Part shown: positions 52,777 through 64,000 of the stretch, piece by piece
How positions within the stretch are numbered: position 1 is the first letter of the stretch
Layout of the letters: each line of letters opens with the position of its first letter
Assembly: GCF_006345805.1 (NCBI RefSeq)
Contig: NC_043003.1
Location: forward strand, 91,822,001 to 91,886,000
Direction: 5' to 3'
DNA length: 64,000 nucleotides
From: Octopus sinensis
Lineage: Eukaryota
The notes under the pieces: generated by a model
What the model saw: only the letters and a program-made list of their open reading frames with translations
Databases searched by the model: none
What the model was told of the DNA's origin: nothing
Program-made: the position numbers and the translations under genes

Positions 52777-53588
52777 ACTGAAGGCTGATCCTTGGTGGAC
52801 CCCTATTCTACCTGGAATTCTTCACTATACTCATTTCCAGTCCTAACCCTACTAACAGCATCTCTGTATAGGGCCTGTACAACCCTTATTAACCATTCGT
52901 CAATCCCCAGTTTCTGCATCGCCCACCAGATAAGGGATTGGGAGACCCTGTCAAAGGCTTTCTCCAAGTCCACAAAAGCCAAATATAGGGGTTTATCTTT
53001 GGCTAGGTATTTCTCCTGCAGTTGCTGTACCAGGTATATAGCATCAGTGGTACTTTTACCGGACACAAAACCGAACTGCATCTCATCTAAGCAGACTCTA
53101 TCCCTAATTAGTTGGGATATGACCCTCTCCGTGACCTTGATCACCTGGTCCAGCAGTTTGATACCCCTATGGTTAGTTCTATCTAAAGTATCACCTTAAC
53201 CTTTATAACAGTTGACTATGGTGCTGCTACACCAGTCATTGAGTATAACTCGATCATGAACTACCTGGTTTATTATATGGGTGACTAGGCCATAGCCCAC
53301 ACCACCAGATGTTTCAAGCATCTCAGCAGTGATTCCTGATGGGCCGGGAGCTTTTTCTGGCTTCATATTCTTAATTGCTTTATCTACCAGGGTGCTGCCT
53401 ATTTGGATAGCTGGTCTCTCTACTGGGTCAACATTTGGCAGGCTCTCCTCCTCCCATTCATTCTCCACATTCAGCAGTTTCTCATAATGACTCCTCCAAG
53501 CCGCTTTCTTTTCCAAATCATTAAAAGCAAGTGCACCATCATCCATGTGGACACCTTTCTCTCCTGTGACATCACAATTTTCTCTCAC
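52777..53588 (-). pseudogene. Reverse transcriptase N-terminal fragments of the RTE LINE (stops, truncated)
   Basis: KAPGPSGITAEML...WCSSTIVNCYKG and QFGFVSGKSTTDAIYLVQQLQEKY...AFVDLEKAFDRV...EEFQVE*GVHQGS; no YADD motif follows. Confidence 0.87.
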
Positions 53589-54050
53589 ACACTGTCTTGC
53601 AATCTGGAATACCTCAGTTCTTTGGTCCTCACGTCGTTGGACATTGGCAAACTTCTTCTTTTCTGCTTCACCCTTGGCTATGTATACCTGTTGCCCAGCC
53701 TCCCTTTTGGCTATATGGTACGGTTCCCTTCTACCCCCACCCTTCCAAGCTTTCTAGGCCTGTTTCTTTGCTCTGATGGCTTTGTCTACTGTATTATGGG
53801 AATAATACAGTATAATACAGTATAATACACCATATTGCTCTAGGTCTGGAAGGGACTTTGCACCATCGGCAGACTTGGTGTGTGGCACTCAGTAAGCTGT
53901 CCCGTAAAAATTTCCAGCTACCTTCTATGTCCTCTCATCAAATTTCTTGATGAGGATGTCCCTAAATCTCTGACCATGTGAAGGGTTCTTTAGGTTCTAA
54001 ATCCTTCTCTTCTGGATTGGTCTGCTTCTTGGCATCCTCCTGATCTCTAG

Positions 54051-54790
54051 TCAAAATTCACTAATGACTAGTCTATGCTGAGGAGTGCATTCCTCACCTG
54101 GGAAGGTCTTTGTATTTAAGAGCAACCCTGTGTTCCACTGTCTGTTGAGGATGAAATCAATCTGGCTAGCGGATTCCCCCAATTGATAGGTTATAAGGTG
54201 GCTGTCTGGCTCCCTGAAGTTAGTGTTGCAGATTGAAAGGTTATATGCATCACAGAACTCCAGTAGCCTAGTTCTCTCATCGTTCCAGGAACCAATACCA
54301 TGGCCCCTGTGTACACCAGTGAAGGTACTGGATTTCCACCCAACATGCTCATTAAAATCTGCAGCCACAAATGTGAGGTCATTGCCACTCGTCTTTGAGG
54401 TAGCCTGTAGAAGGGTATCATAAAAATGGTCCTTCTGATCATTTGGTATCCCCACTTGTGGGGCGTAGGAAGAGATAATTGTAGCTGTGCTGTTCTGCAG
54501 GACTAGCCTGAGCATAAGCTCTCTATTACATACCCTGACAACCTCTATGACCTTATCCACCTCTTTCTCCGCAAGGAGTATGCCTACACACCCTACTCCA
54601 GCCATGTTACCTTGCCAGAAGACTTTATACCTATGTGCCTTGCCTGTGAGGACCCTAGCTGAAGCTCCTCTCCATCTTACCTCTTGTATGCAGCATACAT
54701 CAACCTGTCTCTTTTCAAGCATCTCTACAATCTCACTAGACCTACTTTTCAGTGTGCCTACATTGACAGTGCCAACTCTGAAAACTGAGA
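54051..54790 (-). pseudogene. APE endonuclease domain of the RTE LINE
   Basis: FRVGTVNVGTL...DVCCIQEVRW...YAPQVG...DF-N-HVG...SQIDFIL...PQHRLVI: exonuclease-endonuclease-phosphatase motifs typical of RTE ORFs. Confidence 0.88.
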
Positions 54791-54889
54791 AAGGAATGTG
54801 GGGTAAGGCTTGGGGAGGAGAGATGTTATTCAGTGCCTGACAGATATGTCCTTTATGGTCATACTCTTACTCCATCTCCCAGCTAAGAG

Positions 54890-55145
54890 ATCTTTGTCTT
54901 GCAGGTGCTAGTGCCATGTCAAATGCACTCATGCTAGTGTCACATACAATGCACTTGTGCTGGTGCCATGTAAAAAAGCACCCAACATACTATGTAAAGT
55001 GGTTGGCATTAGGAAGGGCAGGCATCCAACCATAGAAACCAGGTCAAAACAGACAATTGGAGCCTAGACAGATCTCCAGCTGGCCAGTTCCTGTCAGCCA
55101 TTAAACCATCCAACCCATGGATGTTGAATGATGATGGTGATGATA
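54890..55145 (+). mobile_element. Non-autonomous RTE-tailed repeat (related copies near 6470-6620, 15640-15850, 35590-35740, 37060-37260, 63850-64000)
   Basis: gtgctggtgccatgtaaaaaagcacc...ggttggcattaggaagggca...catccaaccatagaaac...(GAT)n, the same tail as the LINE. Confidence 0.7.
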
Positions 55146-56023
55146 ATGATAACACAGTTGTGTATATCCCAGCTTACCTTGCTGTTGAGACTAGGTATTA
55201 GATCGTCAGGGAATGTTATCTGAAATATACCAGTTCTACTCCTGGAGAGTTTACTTTCTTGTCTGTCTAATGCCAAGGAACTGAAGCCGAGCATTAGTTC
55301 TTAAAAGCTTTCTGTTGGTGATATATGTACATTTTCATATTTGTTGTCTCTTAGGTTTGGAAATCATTCACTGTTTAGGGAATTAGGCTGGGTTTTTGAA
55401 AAACAGTTATTTGACTGAGTTGGAGATTAGCTATAAAACTTCAGGGGAAACACTTATCTAGCATCTCATTAATACATCAGAACACTAAAACATTAATATT
55501 CCACTGTTGGCTTCTGGCAAGCCCCTTTCTTCTATTTCGCTTAACTACATATATTCTCTAACTCTTCATAAAAACCATACAAATTCAATACTTGACTCAG
55601 TCCAACAGAAATTCACAGAAATTAGTCAAGTGTAAGTAAGCTAATGTCTCATCTGAAAGTATATTGAGCTTCTAATTCTGAATATCTTTTGCTTATTCAA
55701 CAAATTAAATCCCTTCCTCTAAAACTGTGTAATTTGTAAGTTTTTATTGATATTTACTTTTCTCACAGAGGAATGGAAAGTGATGGCAATAAGCTAGAGC
55801 ACTAAACTTAATTACCTAATTAATTGTTAACAGTTTCATTGGATAATTTGAGAAATGTGTCAATAAATGAGCCAACATTTTCCCAGTGGAGAAATATCAA
55901 GATTAATGCAATACTCTACACTTTCTATCAACTTGGTTTTACTTTTTTTTTGTTGTATAAAAAAAACAAAGAAATAAGAGTAATTACTGTTTTTCTGTTA
56001 TTTTTATCCTTTAGTTGCTTTTA

Positions 56024-56024
<1 letters not shown>

Positions 56025-56102
<78 letters not shown>

Positions 56103-56121
56103 CAGTAGGAGTAGTAGTAGT
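56025..56121. repeat. (ATT)n followed by (AGT)n microsatellite
   Basis: Direct inspection. Confidence 0.95.
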
Positions 56122-56126
56122 ATTAA

Positions 56127-58680
56127 GTTGGCAAACCAGCAGAATTGTTAGCATGTTGGGCAAAGTACTTAGTGGCATTTTGTCCGTCATTATGTTCTGA
56201 GTTCAAATGCTGCTGAGGTCAACTTTGTCTTTCATCCTTTCGGGGTTGGTAAAATAAGTACCAGTTGAGCAGTGGGATCAATGTAATTGACTTACCCCCA
56301 CTCCCTTTAACTTGCTAGCATTGTGTCAAAATTTGAAATCATTGTTATTATTATTATTATTATCATTATCATCATCATTATCATTAAGGTAGCCAGCTGG
56401 ACGAAATGTTTAGTGGTATTCTGCTCATTGCTATGTTCTGAGTTCAAATTCTACTGATGTCAACTTTCATCCTTTCGAGGTTGATAAATTAAGTACTAGT
56501 CAAGTACTGGGATCGATGTAATCAATTATCTCGTCTCCAAAATCCCAGGATTATTATTATTATTACTATAATAATAATTTATTATTGTTATTGAGGTAGC
56601 GAGCTGGCAGAATCGTTAGTATGCTGGACGAAATGCTTAGCAGCATTTCATCAACCTTTACATTCTGAGTTCAAATTCCACGAAGGTTGACTTTGCCTTT
56701 CATCCTTTTGGGGTCAATAAACTAAGTACCAGTTGCATACTGGAGTCAATTTAATCATCTGGCCTCCTCCCCCAAAATTTCGGACCTTATTATTATTACC
56801 AGCTGAATACTAGGATTGGTGTAATCAACTTAGACCTGCTCCTGAAATTGTTGGGCTTGTGCCAGTATCTGAAACCATTAATAATAATAATAATGTTGAT
56901 GATAATGTTGATGATAATGATAAGAATATTCTTTTCTTCTATCGGTAAAAGCCTGAAATTTTGGGGCTGAGGACATGTCAGTGTCATTGACCCCAGTGCT
57001 CACTGGTATTGTATTAACCCCAAAAGGATGAAAGGCAAAATTGGCCTCAGCAGAATTTGAAGTCAGAACATGAAGATAGATGAAATGCTGCTAAGCATCT
57101 TGTCCAATGTGCTTAACAATTCTGCTAGCTTGTTACCTTGATAATAATAATAACCCTTTCTGCTATAGGCACAAGACCTGAAATTTTTAGGGGACATGGT
57201 CTAGTTGTTTATATCAACTCTAATGCTCCACTGGTTCTTGTTTTATCAACATCCAAAAGAATGAAAGATGAAGTTGACAGTGGTGGAATTTGAACTCAAC
57301 ATAAAGATGGATAAAATGCCATTAAACATTTTGCCAAGTGTGCTAATAGATTTGCTAGCTTACCCACCTTAATAGTAATAATAATAATAATAAATAACAA
57401 CAACAATCCTTTCTACTGGAAGCACAAGGCCTCAAATTTGGGTGAAGGGATTAAGTCAATTACATCTACCTCAGTGTGTAACTGGTACTTATTTAATCAA
57501 TCTCAAAAGGATGAAAGGCAAAGTTGACCTCAGCGGAATTTGGACTCAGAATTTTACAGCAGACGAAATACCACTGAGCATTTTGCTTGGAGTGCTAATG
57601 ATTCTGCCAGTTCACCACATGAATAATAATAATAATAACTGCCTTGGTGCAGTACCTGGCAGTGACTCTCATGGCTTTTGATCTTAACTAATTGGAAGTG
57701 TTATCATGTATATGTTTTGTCTTAGTATAAAAGATGGGCTACAGTAAATATTCCACTCAATACCACAGATTTGCTTGTCCATTGCTAGACTATAACCAGT
57801 TGAGCATTTCTCTTTGTGGCTGATATGTACTTCTCTGAGCAAGAATAGTGGGGGAGCATCATAGCCATGTGTTGAAAGGAATTCTTTAGGGTTTGAATAA
57901 TTGCCCCCTGGAAGCATGGGTGTTTTGCTCATCATCCTTAAACAAACCTTATTCAAGGACCTTTTTAGTGGGATGGGCTACTCGACCTGAATAAAATTCT
58001 AACTGGGCCCCACCTGCAAGGTCATGCCCTGTTTATCTTGATATGAGATCACCATGTAACACACATATGGTTTTGATGCATGTGTCTGGTGTACCCTTAT
58101 CAGATGGTGGTCATGATGGGTATACTGGGCTTTGTGTATTTGTTCCCTAATGTCACTTTGATGGCATGCCCTGCTCTGTCATTCAATAATAATAATAATA
58201 TCATTTTTCTTATTTTGGCAGCAATTTTGAGGGAGGGGCAAGTCAATTTTATTGGTATTTGACAGGTACTTTATTTTATAAACTGTGTAAGGATGAATGA
58301 CAAAGTTGACCTTGGCAGAATTTTGACTTGGAACATAAAGAACCAGAAGAAAGGAATGCTGTTAAGCATTGTATCCAACACGTTAACAATTCTGCCAGCT
58401 CATCACTTTTCATAATAATAATAATAATAATAATAATAGTAGTTTCAAATTTTGGGATCAGGCCAACAATTTTGAGGGTAGGGAATTGGTTGATACAAGG
58501 ATTAAATGGTGCATTATCAACCCTGGAGAGATGAAAGGTAAAGTTAAGCTCAGTGGGATTTGAACTCAGAATGTAAAGTGCTTGAACAAATGTCCCAAGG
58601 CATTTTTTTCAATGCCGTAACAATTCTGCCAAATTGCCAACTTAGTAACTGTTTCAGATTTTGGCACATGGCCTGCAGTT
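56127..58680. mobile_element. Dense cluster of roughly ten SINE family B copies joined by (ATT)n/(AAT)n tracts
   Basis: Repeated ttctgagttcaaat...gactttgcctttcatcc (+) and gatgaaaggcaaagttgacctc...atttgaactcagaa (-) units separated by trinucleotide tracts. Confidence 0.8.
57640..58185. mobile_element. ~540-bp element inserted between (AAT)n tracts
   Basis: GC-richer non-SINE block bounded on both sides by aataataat runs inside the SINE cluster. Confidence 0.55.
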
Positions 58681-59700
58681 TTGTGGAGGAAGGAGTTTGT
58701 ATTTGTTTATGCTCTCAACCGTTGTGTGATGACAGATAAAGTTGACCTTGTAAAGAAAGGTCATGGCATTTTAACATTTAAGGAGAATGGAATTAGCAGT
58801 GTTGCACAGCAACTATTCACTGTAAGTGACCATATATGTAGTTAAAATAGTTAAAATGTTAGTGTTAACTAACTATAAATATGTGGTAAGTGGAGAAAAT
58901 CAATGTTGGTCATGACAAAGCTATTAAGTATGGGAGACAGCTCTGAACTTCTTTCAGTCTAATTCTGACCTCCTCAGTGGTGCAAAGCAAGCTGTACTTT
59001 TGCCATATGGAGATCAATGAATCACTAAGTCAATGTGCAAGATTGTACATTTGCTGATGTAGGAGAGCAGAATTGCTTAGACAAAATTAAGTCCAGCAGC
59101 TTAATTTGATAACCACTACTGCTTGTCCTCCTTCTCCTACCCTCTAAAACAATGAAATAAAGCAAACAGATCCAAGTTAATCAATTAACGTGATTAATTA
59201 GTCTAAGTGATTTGACATCAGTTGGATGTGTACTTAATTTTCTTTTATTGTTTCTTTGGAGTGGAGTACATTGTTTACATTTTATTTGTGGGTGTGGTGT
59301 AAGGAACAGAGCTGTATATGTATGTATGTGGATCCAGTTTTTTTCATTTGCAAAATATGCATTTTTTAAAAGGAAGTAAAAAAAACTGAAAATTGGTTAT
59401 AATAAGGTAGCCTTCCAGTCTCATTGCTTTGAAGGTATGATGCTGTGGAGAAAAAAGTTACAGAGGTTTAAAAATTGAAAAAACTGGGCCCTTTTAGCCA
59501 ATAGTGAGACAGAAATTTTCTGCGTTGAGCAGAGCGATGTCAACTTTAAGGTTGTACCCTGTGAAATTTATAGCTTAGTGTCTTACCTGTTCATTGTAGT
59601 TTTCTAAATAAACAGAAATACCTAATAAAATCACTGTCTCTTCATTGATTGTATTTTTTTATTTTAAAAAATTTGTTATGTTAATATATTTGTCTGCATG

Positions 59701-59901
59701 GCAGTGAGCTGGCAGAAACGTAAGCACACCGGGCGAAATGCTTAGCGGTATATGTTCTGAGTTCAAATTCCGCCGAGGTTGACTTTGCCTTTCAGCCCTT
59801 TGGGGTCAATAAATTAAGTGGCAGTTGCATACTGGGGTCGATCTAATCGACTGGCCACCTCCCCTAAAATTTCGGGCCTTGTGGCTAGAGCAGAAAAGGA
59901 G
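59701..59901 (+). mobile_element. SINE family B with 15-bp target-site duplication
   Basis: B-box-like gttcaaattcc; atatttgtctgcatg present at 59686-59700 and 59902-59916. Confidence 0.87.
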
Positions 59902-62900
59902 ATATTTGTCTGCATGTGTTTACTTTATGCGTACTTCAGTATTATGTATACCTGCCATGTGTTTATGTACATCATTAATATATAAGTGCATGTATGTGTG
60001 TGTGTGTCCATGTGTGCATGCGTGTGTGTGTGAAAATGGGACATCTGTCTCTGAAATTCCAAAGTTGAGTAATGTTTTCATGCTTGGATTTGTAAACTAT
60101 GATAAGGATAACACTGGTCAACAAAGAATTTGTCCCAAGGAAAAGAATACCTGTATCTTATATGTTTTTGCATGCAGAATTAAAAAATGTCAAATTATCT
60201 GTATCACCCACAGTTTCTCTGTTATGTGTGCTAAATTTCAGTTAGGCTGTTGAAATGTGAACACACTATGCAGTTACCATGGTAACAAGCTGCTAATGCC
60301 ACACTGTCTGTTGATTGGCTAAAATTACCCAGCTTTAATTCCAAATAACATCAAATTCTTTAATTTGCAAGATAAAGTAATTCATTTGGTGGTAATCAAA
60401 ATTCAGAGTTGCATTGATACACCAAAATTGAAAGCAATCAGAGCAAAATTAAGTGGGGTTCATTTTGCAAATGAGAAAGACTAGTTCTGAAAATGTTGGC
60501 TTATTCATTGACGAGTTTCTAAAGTTATCTGATGGGACTGCAAATAATTAATTAGGTAATCAAAGTTTATTGCCAATATTGTCATTGAATTCTAAATAAC
60601 ATTAGACAGTTACACTGACAGCAGAAGTTGTTAGTGTACTATATTCTGTAGAGGCAAACTTCCAAGTTTTGTGTTTAATGTTTTTGCTATTTCCACTAGC
60701 CTTCTCTTTGATATCATTGCATATTTATCTATTGATTTATTTATTTATTTACTTATCATAGATTCGAGAAGTGGTATTCTTAGAGAAGTTGGGATGCCTA
60801 GGTGAGGGTTATATGATTGCCTTTCAAACACTTTTAGGGAGGAATGTCAGAGGCATGTAGAAAGTAGGTTTTGATGAAGCTGGATTGATAGTCAACAAAG
60901 TTCATATGAACAAATACTGTTGATGTGCAGTTGGAAGAAGGCATATATTTTAGCAGTGGGTCAGTTGTTGTGGAATGTCAGTAAATTTGTGTGTGATGGT
61001 TGCTGTGTGATTATTATCATCATTTAATGGCTGTTTTCCATACTGGCAATGGATTAGAGGCAGAAAGTGAAATCAAATATTTTGATGACAAGCATAACAT
61101 AAAAGCCATCTTTTCAGTATGAACTCTGCAGATAATATAGGGTAGGTAAGGGTGGAAAACGACTTGATAAGCAAGGCCACATGCAATATTTTTCTAACAC
61201 TGGCCCATTGTCAAACTCTGTCTTTCCCCACCCTACCCTGAGGAATTTCTATGGCTGGCTTTTGCTTCTTATTTGTTTAAACTATGCCATTCTGGCCTCA
61301 ACCCACTCAGCACACTTACCTCTCATTTGTAACTAAGCTTCTCACTATAGAACTTTATGCAGTGATTGTTGTAATGATGTATGAATTCACACACACACAC
61401 ACACACACACACGTTATAGCTTATCTACATGGTCATGTAATATTGTTATCTGAAAAGAAAAAAAAATTATATATAGTTTGATATTATAACAAAAAAACAT
61501 GCAATCTGCTGATAAAGCTAACATCTATTTGTATTATCAATAGATTTAAGAGCATTAAATGACTCTGTAATAAATTTGGAGCATTATTTATTTTAGTTAT
61601 TTATTTATTAAAATGAAGGGGTCACTTATCAGTAATGACCATGGAAGGGGAAAATGTAAAGAGGATTTATGAGCATGGGGACAGAATTGAAAACTAATGT
61701 CAAAATTATGACTTACTTTAATATCCTTTATTTGTAATTCTGTATAGAAATATCAAAATATTTATTAAGTGTGGTTCAGTTATTACTTGCCAAAAATGCA
61801 ACTTGGTCTAGCATTGTTACATTAAAAAAAATTTTTTTTTAATTTTTGTAATAAACAGCTGTTTCTTTCACACATTGCTTTTATTCATTCACTAATAATG
61901 GCATATCAAATATCTCAGAATATGACAACTAGCTCCTTTCTGTTAGTGAATAGCACTGGAAATTCTTTTACACAGAACTTCACAAAATAATATTGGGCTA
62001 AATCTTTCTTTAATGTGAATATTTCTGAGTCTTAAAAAAAACAAAAACAACAACAACAAATCAACAATATAAGGGTAACATGAATAAACAGCCAGCTTTA
62101 TCTACTTAACATATTTATGTATTTAGTTGACAGTGATGCTTTTTAACTCACTAAAGTTTCATATTTATTTGTAGATTAAACTGTTTTATTAGTTTCTGAG
62201 TAATTTGGCTTTAGTGTGAGCTGACTGCTGTTGCAGTTGGATTCTCTTTAATAGCATAAAAGATAATTCTTCTTTCAAAATTAAGGGGGAACAATACCTC
62301 TAGAGATATGGTAAAAAAAAGATTCTGTAATATCTGCTGGAATTGATTCATCATCATCATTGTTTTTACATCTGCTATTTTGATACGGTATGGGTTGGTT
62401 GAGACATGTTGATCAGTGTTCAGTGTTTGGATACCATTCCTGTTGCCAACTCTTGTTTGCACGTAAGGTACTTTACTTCTCATCTTCATTTGTTGAACCA
62501 CTGAGCTAGTAGAGCTTTTGCTTACGCATGACACAGACAACATTGCTGTCTAAGTATCTTCAATGGAAAGACATATGAATAAAACACATGAATACATAAA
62601 CACTATAAGACACAGTCACACTCACACACTAACTAGGCTTCTGTATAGTCTCCATCTATTAAATTTTACCCTCAAGACATTGGTCATTCTGACGTTATAA
62701 AAGTGCCACATAAAACAAACTTCTTAACCACACAACCATATATGTACTTAATATATAAATGAAATGAAAATATTTTAACTGCAAAGTTACGATGTCTAGG
62801 TTTTTGTTGTTGTTGATATGACTCTATCTATTTAAATGTAAAGTATTTCACTTTAAAACATTAAAAGTAAAATATCAAAATTAGGTTGGTTTATATAAAA

Positions 62901-64000
62901 GCTGTATTTGTGTTAATCAGAGAAACGATTTGGCAAGGAGAAACCAATTTCTTTTTATTTACTGTTGACAATGTGCCTGTACAATTTTTTGGGTAAAAAG
63001 AAGAACTTGTAGACATTTTCCTCTATATTAGCATGTAACAATGTAACTACTGTAATAGAAAGAAGGATGTTTAGTACAAGTTTATATGGTAAATAACATT
63101 TCTAAATGACATAGTTGAAATTTGAATTGGAAAAGTAAGTATACTGCTAAAATAATGACAACAAAATAACAAGGATTTTGAACTTACATTCTGGTTGAAG
63201 AAATTATATATTGGAAATAGAAAAGACATGATGGTATATAAAATGATGGCAGCAGTGGCATATAATTGATGGCAAATTTTGAATTTATATCAATGGTTTT
63301 ATAAATCAGCTTTGTTGTTGAATTGTTGTGATGGAGAACCTGATGTGGTAATAGGTTGTTGGTAGAGCGAGCAAGTTATCCATTCTGTTCTTTCTTGTTT
63401 AAACCTTCTGTTAACATATTTGTGTTGAAATACACTGTTTTTGATTTTATTAGTTTTGAAAATACGGAAAAATTTAGTAAAACAGCTGCCATTATTAAGC
63501 TGACATTTAGAGCATAGATTAGCATGAAATTTAGATCCTTTATAATAGCAAGTTTGTATCATAGAACCCGAGGCAAACTCAGGAGGATTGGTATTAGAAT
63601 GGTTAAACTGTTGTTCTGCTTAAACTATCAAAGCTTTTTGGAGAAGGTATCTTTTGTCCCCATCCCCCTCACATTCATTCTCTTCTACCTTGGGGGTATG
63701 TCCTGCCACCTCATCACCACCATCTTTCCTTTTCTAACTGGGGTAGATATGCATCTTCTCTAGAGCAACACACCAGTTCCTATTTCACTATCATACTCTT
63801 GCCTTCCAATACCTGGTATAAAGTCACCTCATCCTCTCTCTCAGGTAAGGCATTTTGTCTTGCAAGCTGTTTGGCAACCTCACTAGTGCTGGTGATACAA
63901 AAAAGCACTGAGTACACTCTATTAAGTATTATCATTAGGAAGGGCATCCAACTGTGGGAACTTGGCCAAAACAGACATTGGAACTTGACATGGTCCTCCG

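Larger units (their letters stand above)
52523..54800 (-). mobile_element. RTE-clade LINE, decayed and internally deleted
   Basis: Minus strand: APE endonuclease, linker, RT N-terminal motifs up to GVHQGS, then directly the RTE-type 3' tail (ggaagggcatcaagctgtagaaac...catgccagcatggaaaatagacgttaaacgacgatgatgatg). 5' boundary approximate. Confidence 0.9.

Overview
AT-rich, repeat-dense eukaryotic DNA, inferred to be from a coleoid cephalopod (probably Octopus) from the SINE/RTE families I recognise; no database was used. The only host coding sequence I can support is one 108-nt phase-0 exon (52182-52289, +) encoding [36 protein letters not shown], the N-terminal D1 region of vinculin. I found neither the preceding MPVFHT... 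exon nor the next exon, so the window appears to be mostly two large vinculin introns. The rest is decayed RTE-clade LINEs (one internally deleted copy with endonuclease and partial RT), at least three tRNA-type SINE families, piggyBac-like and foldback MITEs, a candidate solo LTR and very long TA/TG-based microsatellites. Nearly all ORFs in the supplied track are artefacts of these repeats. Main discovery: eleven type I hammerhead-ribozyme-like motifs, read by eye, from several unrelated short elements. Most are minimal, with a palindromic stem III. Ten are oriented with a TA-rich tract or (TA)n array 3' of the cleavage site. Four carry the compensatory U3-A8 core and three a C4 core. The copies with the most intact cores are antisense to vinculin. 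This resembles Penelope-like element pseudo-LTR remnants that favour (TA)n. Also noted: a 29-bp duplication of the vinculin donor site creating a candidate 15-nt in-frame microexon, and a short non-tRNA repeat with a partial HDV-like fold. All RNA structures are manual predictions and untested.
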